Virus record (IMG/VR): IMGVR_UViG_651053023_000001
Location: 1 to 64,000 of that record
Reading direction: 5' to 3' (one strand)
DNA: 64,000 nt
Origin: a virus
Lineage: Duplodnaviria > Heunggongvirae > Uroviricota > Caudoviricetes
A program made the position numbers and the translations under genes. Under the pieces are notes generated by a model that saw only the letters and a program-made list of their open reading frames with translations, searched no databases and had not been told where the DNA came from. This document shows, piece after piece, positions 42,301-51,323 of the stretch (positions within the stretch are counted from its first letter, which is position 1; each line of letters opens with the position of its first letter).

Positions 42301-43028
42301 TTTTGCGCACCGCCTTTTTGATCGAACATTTTGCGAGCGTGTTCGGCTGCTTCGGTCCGTTGTGCCTTTATATCCTCTGGTATAGCCTTCCTGCGTCGTT
42401 TTTTACCCTTTGGTGTAGTTGATTTGGCCTGCTGTTCCTGTTGAGCAATGCCCTCCTGAACTACACGAGAAACGTCCCCTAAATTAAGCCGTTTCATTGC
42501 ATCAACAATAGGGTCTACTGATGGCGCATTGGCCACAAAGTCTGGCCGGGAATTTTCGATTGTTCGATTTAATGCCGACACACTGCGAGATACTGGGTCA
42601 ACCGTTGCAACGCGTTCCCCTTTCAAATCACGATCGAGTTTGACCGTTTCTAACCGCTGTGCTTTAACATCCTCTGTTATTGCCTCTCTTCGTCTATTTG
42701 GGGGATTGTGCGCTGTTGGTGCAGCCTGCTGTTCACGGTTAGTGACTTTGTCCTCCCGTATACGAGAAACGTCCCCTAAATTAAGCCGTTTCATTGCGTC
42801 AACAATAGAGTCCACTGATGGCGCATTGGTCACAAAGTCAGGACGTGAATTTTCGATTGTGCGATTTAATGCCGACACACTGCGAGAGACAGGATCAACA
42901 GTTGCAACTCGTTCCCCTTTCAAATCTTCAACAGCTTCCCGAATACCTGCAAGCTCTTCCAGCTCTTTCGCGCTGGCGGTTTCAACTGTCCTTATAACAT
43001 CGTCAATATTGGCGTTTTTTCTTTCCAT
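39333..43028 (-). CDS. sit: Sit-like tape-measure/injection protein with lytic transglycosylase domain
   Basis: 1231 aa; SLT-type motif ...ATESGGNPYAKSQTGALGMFQF...; Gly/Ala/Lys-rich central region; internal tandem duplication. Confidence 0.8.
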   Translation of the reverse strand: MERKNANIDDVIRTVETASAKELEELAGIREAVEDLKGERVATVDPVSRSVSALNRTIENSRPDFVTNAPSVDSIVDAMKRLNLGDVSRIREDKVTNREQQAAPTAHNPPNRRREAITEDVKAQRLETVKLDRDLKGERVATVDPVSRSVSALNRTIENSRPDFVANAPSVDPIVDAMKRLNLGDVSRVVQEGIAQQEQQAKSTTPKGKKRRRKAIPEDIKAQRTEAAEHARKMFDQKGGAQKSQNQRDARGRFIGKSGSKAAAEDARAERAEKARRKEDDERLNAESGLLKKLSKVAEGIGNPSETRAVDALGYAVAGPLWAAGKELGGISKEVGGSLNGARKSIADVIRGNDDNSRRKGFFRRKSQNSADVVQVNTQKRTVQELQEQTSEIKEGNDKILSALDQIAKNTGKKKGGLLSKLFSLLGKGAGGIASLIFGRGVLKKVGSMALGALGIKKVASLLGFGGKKAAAKEAGELATRGAGKLATKGLGKLGVKALAKGALRAIPLVGTVAGGIYDAVTGWNDTEAQRRTFGLKDGEDPSFQQKAAYTLANVLDMGGLVSGISSAIGGVLKSLGFEDIGNMLQSFSTESIAQAIDSGITNLETYISNLGDTISTTFSDYTAKIGDAISAWFSDTTKNLNEKLDAIKNFFTVDNLKQVFSDAIDSAIDFIKNPGKYIKEAGSNLWSAAKELSGEVADAAVQSTPVAWVASKLVNKADAKEVTPELKTPAKESQEDNAPKTEYTPKKANIVTRVVNASLDTAKDSNKTVKETANQIINANAVETGNSALQKIDNAIGQNSSSSSSLNTTGTRNDIQKAADTYNNGNLDVKVGSLGAEGKANLDKLAPYFAELENKYGLPEGTLYAIAATESGGNPYAKSQTGALGMFQFTGIAREETGLAEGESFDPVKSAEAAALLMSKYLKQANGDLNEAITAYNAGFGTINKWKKGTGDLSKENREYAIKVNTHRARYLGGEIYTPGAGAQGGAQYGVRGPLPDNAVIDQSTGLAFTPGDSPFEKGGLVDKIGNAVGVNDLVNKFMNGRGMRREVVQGTLEERARGKGTATAAGNVYVDTPMPVEEARPVANNSSYFDQLGAQMGIDGLFDKLRNSPGMRKNNAPEPASTSQVTTAANDLQQPTGRMQIDGQVISDLGGSGAKPTMQLADNTVSLDGETKRLFAQMTSLLARIEEHTKDSAKGQGTVVKVSTPQPGVMRTVPLSIDDPLMNDYARVD
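42470..42940. repeat. tandem duplication (~297-bp period) inside the sit 5' region
   Basis: Protein repeat DLKGERVATVDPVSRSVSALNRTIENSRPDFV.NAPSVD.IVDAMKRLNLGDVSR occurs twice ~97 aa apart; mirrored in the antisense ORF 42529..43056. Confidence 0.6.
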
Positions 43029-43109
43029 GATCTTATCGCCTACCGTTTCGGTTTAAGTTTTTCTTCCAGTTTCTCCAACAGGAAAAACGCATAGGATTCA
43101 GTAAGCCTT

Positions 43110-43991
43110 TCAGCGTCCTGAATCGGTATACCCCCATACAAAACCAGGTTGGACACTAAGGTCTGATAGCTTTTCAATCCCCACCTGTGGAATGAAGTCG
43201 GTAGCCCGAAAGGGCACCCACAGACGGGTATATGCACCCTCTGTGGACTCCTTTTTATCCTGATTTGGGCATTTATGCGGCGGGAGACGAAGACGCATTT
43301 CACCTTTATCGATGTAGCACGGTAAACCATGTTCGAGCTTTTCATGAGCCAGTCGGATGTGTGCCGCCAGCTTCATAAATTCAGTATCAATGGCCATCCG
43401 TTTAATCGTTTCATAACGACGCTCAGCCTGATCTTCACGAGTACCGCTAACATCGTTATAAAGCTCACACTGATAAGCGAATTCCCAAAAACGCAAATCA
43501 ACGATCGCTTCTTTGAATTCCGCGTCGTCTTCAGGTGGCAATGCTGCACGGCGCATCTCCAGCATTTCCATTGCCCAACCATCAAGCGGCACGATACGCC
43601 ATTGATAAGGTACTCCCTCTACAGACACCTCAATATCGTCAATGAAAGGTTCCACTTCCAGGACCTGGATATCTTCAGCCAGAGCATTCATATCGCAATC
43701 GTAATAATGCTCTTTACCGCAATGTTTACAGGTGTAGGTGAATGTCTCGACCGGTGTTTCACGGGAGCCGGTAAATATCCACCATAACGCGGTAATCCGG
43801 TCCTGCGCCGTCCATGTCAGGGGATCATGTTTCGCGGGTTCAGCAAGCAAGGCTTTTAAATACGCCGTTGTCTGTTGTTCTTGTTCCTCCGGTGTTATCG
43901 AGTTGAAACGCATCGCATCAGCAATATTTGGCTGACGGAACTGGATCAATTCAGTTGGCCGCGATGGTAGCGGGAAAAGAGGTAAAAGCAT
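43110..43991 (-). CDS. hypothetical morphogenesis protein
   Basis: 293-aa ORF upstream of sit. Confidence 0.45.
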   Translation of the reverse strand: MLLPLFPLPSRPTELIQFRQPNIADAMRFNSITPEEQEQQTTAYLKALLAEPAKHDPLTWTAQDRITALWWIFTGSRETPVETFTYTCKHCGKEHYYDCDMNALAEDIQVLEVEPFIDDIEVSVEGVPYQWRIVPLDGWAMEMLEMRRAALPPEDDAEFKEAIVDLRFWEFAYQCELYNDVSGTREDQAERRYETIKRMAIDTEFMKLAAHIRLAHEKLEHGLPCYIDKGEMRLRLPPHKCPNQDKKESTEGAYTRLWVPFRATDFIPQVGIEKLSDLSVQPGFVWGYTDSGR

Positions 43992-44005
43992 CCTTGCTCC
44001 TTAAT

Positions 44006-44617
44006 TCAAAGAGAAAAGCTAAAGCCCAGAAGGGAAGCCAAAGAACTTGAGGATTGGTTAAACGTGCTGTGCAATGCGAAGGTCATTGGGAATGACTTAA
44101 ATTCAGTAACCTGATCTCGCGCATAGGTGACATCGCCGGTAGTGACCGGGAATACCGTCATCTCATTTTCCAGTTTGGTTAAGCCGGAAGACAGCAACCG
44201 ATAAATACGCACATTGAGCAAATATTTAGACGGTATATTCCCGGTACCGTCCGGATTGATCACCCGACTTTTTGCCGTCTTAAACCAGTCCAAAACGAGG
44301 CCATCAACGGTATCCCTGACCATCATTGTTATCTGCCCAGGCGAACGCTCCGTTGGTTGAAGGATATTCCCTCCGCCGATTTTAATCGTTTCATATTCGA
44401 TGCTGTAATCGTGGTAGGTAATGTCTTTGGCAAAGAAGTCTGCCCCCTCCAGTCCATCAACTTCGACAGAGAACTGCCATCCTTGCGCGAACAGCATTTT
44501 GTTCATGATGATTGACGTCAGCTTACCAACTTCCCGCTCACCAACGCCGGAGCCAAATAATGTCGTCGTTAATGCCGAAGATACATAAGACTTTACTGAA
44601 GCAACATTAAGCCCCAT
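44006..44617 (-). CDS. hypothetical tail protein
   Basis: 203-aa ORF in the tail block. Confidence 0.45.
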   Translation of the reverse strand: MGLNVASVKSYVSSALTTTLFGSGVGEREVGKLTSIIMNKMLFAQGWQFSVEVDGLEGADFFAKDITYHDYSIEYETIKIGGGNILQPTERSPGQITMMVRDTVDGLVLDWFKTAKSRVINPDGTGNIPSKYLLNVRIYRLLSSGLTKLENEMTVFPVTTGDVTYARDQVTEFKSFPMTFALHSTFNQSSSSLASLLGFSFSL

Positions 44618-44627
44618 ATCAGCCCCC

Positions 44628-45218
<591 letters not shown>

Positions 45219-45274
45219 TTAACAGATTCTACGAGTTGTCATTTGTGACAGTATGCTCGCAATCGTAGTGATTA

Positions 45275-45814
45275 CTACCACCAACTGCTAGCTTTCTTCT
45301 CTCTAGCTTTTCCTTCGCTTTGCAGTAAATCTTTACTTCCTGTAGAAATATTTCTATTTGCATCAGCCTCAGACTGAATTACATCTGTCTTAGCTGCTCT
45401 CTCCTTCAACTCCTGCTCTATAAAATCGTTTTCTCGCTGGACACGAGCCGCTTTTGCTTGCAGTTCGAGTTTCATGCTTTCGAGTTGCAGCTTGCGAAGC
45501 TCATCCTCATAAGCTTGATCTCGCTTCTTGTCATTTGCTAGCTCGGCTTCTCGTTTCGCTCTACGTTCATTTTCTGCAGCAACACGCTGTTTTTCGCGTG
45601 CAGCAGCGGCAGATGCTGCTTTTTCTCTTCTAATACGTTCAGCTTGTGCTTGTTGGCGAATAAGTTCTTTTCTGGCATCCTCAGCTTGCTGCTCTTTAGC
45701 TCGCCCTTCATTTTCCGCTTGAGCAATAGCAGCAATTTGACTTTGCAACGAGTTAGCCAAGGCAGTGCCTACACTAAACGTAGAAAAGATTAGAAATAAA
45801 ATAATTTTATTCAT
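45275..45814 (-). CDS. secreted charged coiled-coil protein (TolA domain II-like Ala/Glu/Lys/Arg repeats)
   Basis: N-terminal signal peptide MNKIILFLIFSTFSVGTALA followed by ~140 aa of highly charged helical repeat; AT-rich. Confidence 0.55.
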   Translation of the reverse strand: MNKIILFLIFSTFSVGTALANSLQSQIAAIAQAENEGRAKEQQAEDARKELIRQQAQAERIRREKAASAAAAREKQRVAAENERRAKREAELANDKKRDQAYEDELRKLQLESMKLELQAKAARVQRENDFIEQELKERAAKTDVIQSEADANRNISTGSKDLLQSEGKAREKKASSWW

Positions 45815-45817
45815 AAA

Positions 45818-46339
45818 TTATTTCTTTTCTGGACAAGTAGCATTTGGCTGAATTCGAGTTTCATTATCTTTAGTTGAAATAAGCACAGCAAGCCCCGTTG
45901 TAAACTGGCATGCTTTACCAACTTGAGTTGAAGTGAACACCTTAGTTCCTTCTTTATAAGTCAGTGAAACACCTTCAACAATTGTTTTATCACTAACCAA
46001 AGAACCAGCCGCTGCACCAAGAGCCGCACCACCAGTACCGCCAGCTACAGCACCCAGTGTCGATGTGCCTTTAACATTATAACCGGCAACGCCCCCAGCA
46101 ACAGCTCCCAGTACCGCACCAAATGTCTGTGCCGCTTCTTTATTAGCTTTATTATCAACTTTCACTTTAGCTGGAAGCACAGAGATAATATTGACTGTCT
46201 TTGTTTCCTGCTTCGAATTCAATTGAGCGGTATCATAAACATCGGCAGCATAATCAGCACCGCTAGATTGACACCCAGAAAGAAGAATTGCAGATACAAC
46301 AAGAGCGCATAAAGTATACTTTTTAGACATAAGAATCAT
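45818..46339 (-). CDS. glycine-zipper lipoprotein (SlyB/Pcp-like)
   Basis: Lipobox ILLSGC; glycine-zipper GAVLGAVAGGVAGYNV...GAVAGGTGGAALGAAAGSL; AT-rich. Confidence 0.55.
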   Translation of the reverse strand: MILMSKKYTLCALVVSAILLSGCQSSGADYAADVYDTAQLNSKQETKTVNIISVLPAKVKVDNKANKEAAQTFGAVLGAVAGGVAGYNVKGTSTLGAVAGGTGGAALGAAAGSLVSDKTIVEGVSLTYKEGTKVFTSTQVGKACQFTTGLAVLISTKDNETRIQPNATCPEKK

Positions 46340-46620
46340 CCCAGAAAAACAAAAACCGGCGAGAAGTTACCACGAGAACGGAAAGTAAACAAGAATACTC
46401 CCATTGACTTATATCAATTAATCAACTTTTTATAAGCTATCCCTAACTTATTGTGTATAGCTGAAAAGTCAGAGACAAGTTCACCATCTGCATTATTTCT
46501 TAAGTTAATAGTTTATTGCTAACTTAATTTATGCATCGACTATTGATATCCATCTTAAAGTTACAATATCCCTCTGCATTATTTTTCATCACAAATAATA
46601 TATCTATTGCACGACACTAA

Positions 46621-46637
46621 CCTGCTCTAATAAATTT
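46621..46637 (+). promoter_or_regulatory. C1 operator-like site upstream of the canonical immI module
   Basis: CCTGCTCTAATAAATTT, 2 mismatches to consensus. Confidence 0.5.
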
Positions 46638-46824
46638 GTATTTTTAAGTCGCGAATGCTATCTTTTCGCATCATATTGACCTTTTAATCGTTCAGGCTTA
46701 TAGTTTCGCCGTCGTAGCAAATTCTGCGACCGGGTTTAGCAGCCTGAATGATTGTGCGGACAGCCGCAGATATCCGATATTGCGGTATTTTTGTGTCCGT
46801 AAAACCGCGTTACGCCCAAATTAT

Positions 46825-46905
46825 GGTGGGGCGTGATGGGGAGGCTTCGGCCTGCTGGTTTCACAATCGCCAGTCTGCTAACCCCGTCACGTCCTGCCAC
46901 CTGTT
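46825..46905 (+). ncRNA. c4: c4 antisense RNA of the canonical immI region (approximate bounds)
   Basis: Conserved leader block with element ACAATC complementary to GATTGT at the icd ribosome-binding site (46933..46939) and at 46750..46756. Confidence 0.45.
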
Positions 46906-46951
46906 TAGCAGCGGGTAGCAGGTTGTTAAACCTGATTGTGAGGCCGTAACT

Positions 46952-47173
46952 ATGGTTAATGCCAATCCTTGCGCACGCCAAGAATTCATCTGGCGTTTCT
47001 ATTCCTGCAAAAAACACCACTATCACTTCGTCATCGCAGCAACAGAAGACGAAGCACGCTCTCAATTGCCTGATGGCCCCTGCATTTTTACTGCCCGTTT
47101 TTCAACTAACTCGCGCAATTCACTTAGTTACTGGAACCTCCCCTTCTCTGCCGACGTTCAGGGGGGTTTATGA
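46952..47173 (+). CDS. icd: Icd (interference with cell division) small protein
   Basis: 73-aa ORF MVNANPCARQEFIWRFYSC... overlapping the ant start, downstream of the c4 leader. Confidence 0.75.
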   Translation: MVNANPCARQEFIWRFYSCKKHHYHFVIAATEDEARSQLPDGPCIFTARFSTNSRNSLSYWNLPFSADVQGGL

Positions 47174-48213
47174 AAAAACCTCTCGTCACCCGTAATGAAA
47201 TAGCCGAAGCGATCGCCCTGCATACAACCTGTATGCCGACACGGGAGATCCCCGGCGCAATTGCCAACTATTTCATGATAACCAGGCGTTTTTATACCCG
47301 AACAGATAAGGCTGTGATCAACAAGCTACTGATAGCCGAGATCAGGGATTATTTGATTGAACAAGGACGTCTACGTTACGCAACAGTGGCAGCAGAAATA
47401 AGAAAGGAGGCACATAGAATGACCGGTAATAATTTGAATGTTGAAAAAACAGCACCTGTTACGTCAGCTACGCCAGCACCAGCCGTGAATATCATCCCCA
47501 ACACCGGAGACACAATCGACAGCCAAACATTGTTGAAGATGGTCAATGAGGCACGCAAGTTATGTGGAGAACCAGAGGTTAGAAACAATAAATTCATCGA
47601 AAAAATACTCGATGAACTTGAAGGTGAATTTTACACAAAAAGTGCAAAATCCCATGGCACAAGGGCTGGGCGCTCTTTTGAGGTCATCACCATGACCTAC
47701 AAACAAGCCCTGCGAGTTGCCGCGCGCGAGTCAAAAGCGGTCCGCCGTTCGCTGATCGACAAACTGGAAGAATTACAGCAGGCAAACTCCCCTACCCCAT
47801 CGATCCCCCAGACATTACCAGAAGCCCTACGCCTGGCTGCCGAGTTAGCAGAACAGAAAATGCAGTTGGAACAACAGCTGGTGGCCGCAGCCCCTAAAGT
47901 CGATTTTGCCGACCGGGTATCAGTGGCCAATGGAATCCTGATCGGGAACTTTGCAAAGGTCGTTGGACTTAAGCAAAACGCCCTTTTCTCATGGTTGCGC
48001 CAGAATGGCATTCTCATGGCTTTTGGAGCGCGCAAAAACGTACCGCGCCAACAGTACATCAACGCCGGGTATTTCACGGTGAAAGAAGTGGTGCTGGATG
48101 ATGAAAATGGCTACCAGATACGGCTGACGCCCCAATTAACGGGTAAAGGCCAGCAGTGGTTAACTCGCAAGCTACTTGATGCTGGTTTGTTAAAACCAGT
48201 AGCAATAGGTTAA
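47170..48213 (+). CDS. ant: Ant antirepressor (canonical immI copy)
   Basis: 347 aa with KilA-C/ANT C-terminal domain; followed by kilA-repL as in P1. Confidence 0.85.
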   Translation: MKKPLVTRNEIAEAIALHTTCMPTREIPGAIANYFMITRRFYTRTDKAVINKLLIAEIRDYLIEQGRLRYATVAAEIRKEAHRMTGNNLNVEKTAPVTSATPAPAVNIIPNTGDTIDSQTLLKMVNEARKLCGEPEVRNNKFIEKILDELEGEFYTKSAKSHGTRAGRSFEVITMTYKQALRVAARESKAVRRSLIDKLEELQQANSPTPSIPQTLPEALRLAAELAEQKMQLEQQLVAAAPKVDFADRVSVANGILIGNFAKVVGLKQNALFSWLRQNGILMAFGARKNVPRQQYINAGYFTVKEVVLDDENGYQIRLTPQLTGKGQQWLTRKLLDAGLLKPVAIG

Positions 48214-48226
48214 CAAAAGAAAAAAA

Positions 48227-48252
48227 CCTGCCAGCAAACTGGCAGGTTTCTG
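48227..48252 (+). terminator. rho-independent terminator after ant (CCTGCCAG-caaa-CTGGCAGG + TTTC)
   Basis: Perfect 8-bp stem and downstream T-rich tract. Confidence 0.6.
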
Positions 48253-48291
48253 AGCAGATCGTCCAACCCGATCTGGATCGAGTCAGAAAAA

Positions 48292-48308
48292 TTTGCTCTA
48301 ATAAATTT
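48292..48308 (+). promoter_or_regulatory. C1 operator at the kilA-repL promoter
   Basis: TTTGCTCTAATAAATTT, one mismatch to consensus, ~70 bp upstream of kilA. Confidence 0.65.
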
Positions 48309-48377
48309 CGTTTTCTAAGTGCAAAGAATCACCATTTCGAGCTGGTGATTGAAGGTTGATGCAAATTTGGAGAAAAA

Positions 48378-49178
48378 ATGCAACAAACATTCAATGCGGA
48401 TATGAATATATCAAACCTTCATCAAAATGTCGATCCTTCAACCACTCTGCCCGTTATTTGTGGTGTTGAAATTACGACCGACCGCGCTGGCCGTTACAAC
48501 CTTAATGCTCTACACAGAGCGAGCGGACTCGGTGCCCATAAAGCGCCAGCTCAATGGCTAAGAACGCTGTCAGCTAAACAGCTCATCGAAGAGCTTGAAA
48601 AAGAAACTATGCAGAATTGCATAGTTTCGTTCGAAGGCCGTGGCGGCGGCACTTTTGCCCATGAATTGCTCGCAGTGGAGTACGCTGGTTGGATTTCTCC
48701 CGCGTTTCGGCTGAAGGTAAACCAGACATTTATCGACTATCGAGCCGGAAGATTACAACCTGCTATTCCGCAGAGTCTCCCTGAAGCTCTCCGTTTGGCT
48801 GCCGACCTGGCAGAGCAAAAGCAACGGCTGGAACAAAAAATGCTTATGGATGCACCTAAAGTCGAATTCGCCGAACGCGTTGCTACCGCCAGCGGGGTTC
48901 TAATCGGCAACTATGCCAAAGTGCTCGGTCTGGGCCAAAACTATCTCTTCACCTGGTTGCGTGATAACGGAATTCTGATCGCAACCGGTGAACGCAGGAA
49001 CGTCCCCAAACAAGAATACATATCCCGTGGGTATTTCACCCTTAAAGAAACCGTGATCGATACAAGCAATGGAATCAGGATTTCTTTCACGACTCGTATA
49101 ACCGGCAAAGGTCAGCAGTGGCTGATGAAGCGATTGCTTGATACTGGTGTGCTGGTACCTGTCGCGGCAACGCGCTAA
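48378..49178 (+). CDS. kilA: KilA (KilA-N plus KilA-C domains)
   Basis: 266 aa; C-terminal domain shares PQSLPEALRLAADLAEQK...GKGQQWL with the Ant proteins; precedes repL. Confidence 0.88.
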   Translation: MQQTFNADMNISNLHQNVDPSTTLPVICGVEITTDRAGRYNLNALHRASGLGAHKAPAQWLRTLSAKQLIEELEKETMQNCIVSFEGRGGGTFAHELLAVEYAGWISPAFRLKVNQTFIDYRAGRLQPAIPQSLPEALRLAADLAEQKQRLEQKMLMDAPKVEFAERVATASGVLIGNYAKVLGLGQNYLFTWLRDNGILIATGERRNVPKQEYISRGYFTLKETVIDTSNGIRISFTTRITGKGQQWLMKRLLDTGVLVPVAATR

Positions 49179-49207
49179 CAGACGTAGTAAGAACCACCAG
49201 CATTGTA

Positions 49208-50053
49208 ATGCTGGCTAAAGTCACTTTCCTGAGCTGTATAACGATGAGCGATTTTACTTTTTCTGGCTATGAATTGGCCTGCTTTGTAACACACTCCGGT
49301 CTATCCCGTAGCGCCGGGCATATCCTGTCGCAATGTGCAAATCTAGCGGCAACAACCAGTGAATACTTCATTCACAAGCCTCACCGCCTGATCGCGGCAG
49401 AAACTGGTTATAGCCAATCAACCGTCGTTCGTGCATTCCGTGAAGCTGTAAACAAAGGAATTCTGTCTGTAGAGATTGTTATCGGCGATCACCGTGAACG
49501 TCGCGCTAACCTGTACCGGTTTACACCATCCTTTTTGGCCTTCGCACAACAAGCCAAAAATGCGCTGATTGAAAGCAAATTAAAGATCTCTTCAGCGGCA
49601 ACCAAGGTTAAAGCTGTTCTCGCTAAGACATTGGCTTTATTTAATTTTTTATCCACACCCCCATGTCAAAATGATACCCCCTCCCCCTGTCAGGATGACG
49701 TGGCAATAAAGAATAAGAAGTCACAAGTTAAAAAAACAGAAAGATCAGTTTCCGGCGGTGCCGGAACGACCAGGCTCAAAAATTTGACTTCCTGGATCGC
49801 TGAGGCAAAAGCAAAGGCTGACAATCTGCGGTTATCCAAAAAACGCGCTCAAAAACATGAGTTCAAGCAGAAAGTAGAGGCGGCAGCGCGGAAATATGCT
49901 TACCTGAAGAACAAGCGTTCTCCTGATATTGGCGGGGTATCAAACTTCGATAATCTGCCGCATTGCATGACGGTAAACGAAGCTCTTAATGCGGTTTTAG
50001 CCAAAAATAAAGATAACGAACAATGGGGTATACCGGCAGGATTCAGAGGGTGA
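49208..50053 (+). CDS. repL: RepL lytic replication initiator
   Basis: 281-aa ORF immediately after kilA, matching the P1 lytic replicon arrangement and size. Confidence 0.85.
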   Translation: MLAKVTFLSCITMSDFTFSGYELACFVTHSGLSRSAGHILSQCANLAATTSEYFIHKPHRLIAAETGYSQSTVVRAFREAVNKGILSVEIVIGDHRERRANLYRFTPSFLAFAQQAKNALIESKLKISSAATKVKAVLAKTLALFNFLSTPPCQNDTPSPCQDDVAIKNKKSQVKKTERSVSGGAGTTRLKNLTSWIAEAKAKADNLRLSKKRAQKHEFKQKVEAAARKYAYLKNKRSPDIGGVSNFDNLPHCMTVNEALNAVLAKNKDNEQWGIPAGFRG

Positions 50054-50103
50054 TAGATTGCTCTAATCTGGAGTCACCTGGCGTTTTCAGTTTGAGGTCG
50101 GAG

Positions 50104-50349
50104 ATGCAATCTGATTTTTTACAGTTAGCGATCGCTTTTGCAGGATATGTTTGTATTGGCTTCTGTGTATACATGATCAGCCGAAAAATGCTTGTCGATA
50201 TCGACCGCAAAGAACAAGCAGAGGAGATCTTAGAATGGATTTTCTTTGGCGCGGTCTGGCCATTAGGGATCATGTTTGCTGCAACATTTCTTCTGATGTG
50301 GATATTCACCCTTCCAGGTGATTTCTATAGAAAAAAAGCCAGACATTGA
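50104..50349 (+). CDS. small membrane protein (rlf-region gene by position)
   Basis: ORF from internal Met of track ORF 50023..50349; two hydrophobic segments. Confidence 0.35.
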   Translation: MQSDFLQLAIAFAGYVCIGFCVYMISRKMLVDIDRKEQAEEILEWIFFGAVWPLGIMFAATFLLMWIFTLPGDFYRKKARH

Positions 50350-50429
50350 TACAATCGTTGCGGGTGCTTGAGGCTATCAGCTTCAGGCATTACCCGAAAA
50401 GCAGATAGAAGAAAGCCCCAGATAACATT

Positions 50430-50500
50430 ACGCGTCCTGCAAGACGCTTAACATTAATCTGAGGCAATATCTATGCTTAGCATACGTAGATTAGCCTCTT
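50430..50500 (-). ncRNA. putative Sok-like antisense RNA (position inferred)
   Basis: Inferred only from hok/mok architecture, where the antitoxin RNA is antisense to the mok start region; not delimited from sequence. Confidence 0.25.
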
Positions 50501-50679
50501 ACCGACCAAAAGGTCAAGGAGTAGCAGGCTATGAAGCAGCAAAAAGCGATGTTAATCGCTCTGATCGTCATCTGTTTAACCGTCATTGTGACGGCACTGG
50601 TAACGAGGAAAGACCTCTGCGAGGTACGAATCCGAACCGCCCAGACGGAGGTCACTGTCTTCACAGCCTACGAATCTGA
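50473..50679 (+). CDS. mok: Mok-like overlapping reading frame
   Basis: 68-aa ORF overlapping nearly all of hok in another frame, as in hok/sok loci. Confidence 0.5.
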   Translation: MLSIRRLASYRPKGQGVAGYEAAKSDVNRSDRHLFNRHCDGTGNEERPLRGTNPNRPDGGHCLHSLRI

Positions 50680-50686
50680 AAGGTAA
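50531..50686 (+). CDS. hok: Hok/Gef-family type I toxin (51 aa); not in the supplied ORF track
   Basis: Translation MKQQKAMLIALIVICLTVIVTALVTRKDLCEVRIRTAQTEVTVFTAYESER matches the Hok pattern (single TM helix, LTRK.LCE.R.R....EV..F.AYES). Confidence 0.85.
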   Translation: MKQQKAMLIALIVICLTVIVTALVTRKDLCEVRIRTAQTEVTVFTAYESER

Positions 50687-50759
50687 GAGACCTGGCGGGG
50701 AGAGATCCTCGCCACTCTTCGTGTGTCAGGTATCCTCAATGCACCCTTTCCTCTCCAAA

Positions 50760-50787
50760 TAAAAAAGCTCCCGAAGGAGCTTTAAAA
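50760..50787. terminator. bidirectional terminator (AAAAAAGCTCC-cgaa-GGAGCTTTAAAA)
   Basis: Perfect stem flanked by A- and T-tracts between hok and the convergent tail-gene block. Confidence 0.6.
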
Positions 50788-50802
50788 TACAAGGGATGAC
50801 TC

Positions 50803-51312
50803 TTAATCCCACTCAATCCAGTTGTAGACGATACGAAGTGACGGGCGCACAGCGGCAGTCACATCTTCGGTACTAAAGTCGATTGCATCACTGTAGATTT
50901 TGCAGTCCAACATTTCAATTGTTGTAGCAGCTTTTGTCACAGCGTTAACCCCGGAAGATTTGGATTCAGGGGTCGCAGCCATCGTGATATCAACATAGTC
51001 CTTCGCCGCAATGCGATCTTTAATGAACTGAAGAATATCGCCTTCGATAGTCTCCACGCACTGGACCTGGATTTCCCCAGAGTTTCGAATTGGACCGTGC
51101 TGGTTGAACTTCACACCATTCGGACCATAGTCCTCCACATCCTCGCGGGTCATTTCAGGAATTTGCGACGTGCGAACCAGTACGCTGATATCTTCATGGC
51201 CTGCAAAAGTGAGCTGGAATTCAGAAGATACCAGTCGTTCGCCTTTGGCCGCGTTGGCAGTATAGCGGCCCTTAATAAATTTACGGTTTCCCTTAGTGTT
51301 ATTGTGCCCCAT
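50803..51312 (-). CDS. hypothetical structural protein
   Basis: 169-aa ORF at the end of the sheath/tube/head block. Confidence 0.45.
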   Translation of the reverse strand: MGHNNTKGNRKFIKGRYTANAAKGERLVSSEFQLTFAGHEDISVLVRTSQIPEMTREDVEDYGPNGVKFNQHGPIRNSGEIQVQCVETIEGDILQFIKDRIAAKDYVDITMAATPESKSSGVNAVTKAATTIEMLDCKIYSDAIDFSTEDVTAAVRPSLRIVYNWIEWD

Positions 51313-51323
51313 ATAAAATCCTT

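Noticed and set aside
43040-43787. ORFs 43040..43345 (-) and 43329..43787 (+) around the 293-aa morphogenesis gene
   Set aside because: Overlap a longer translationally coupled gene of the tail block; likely frame artefacts.
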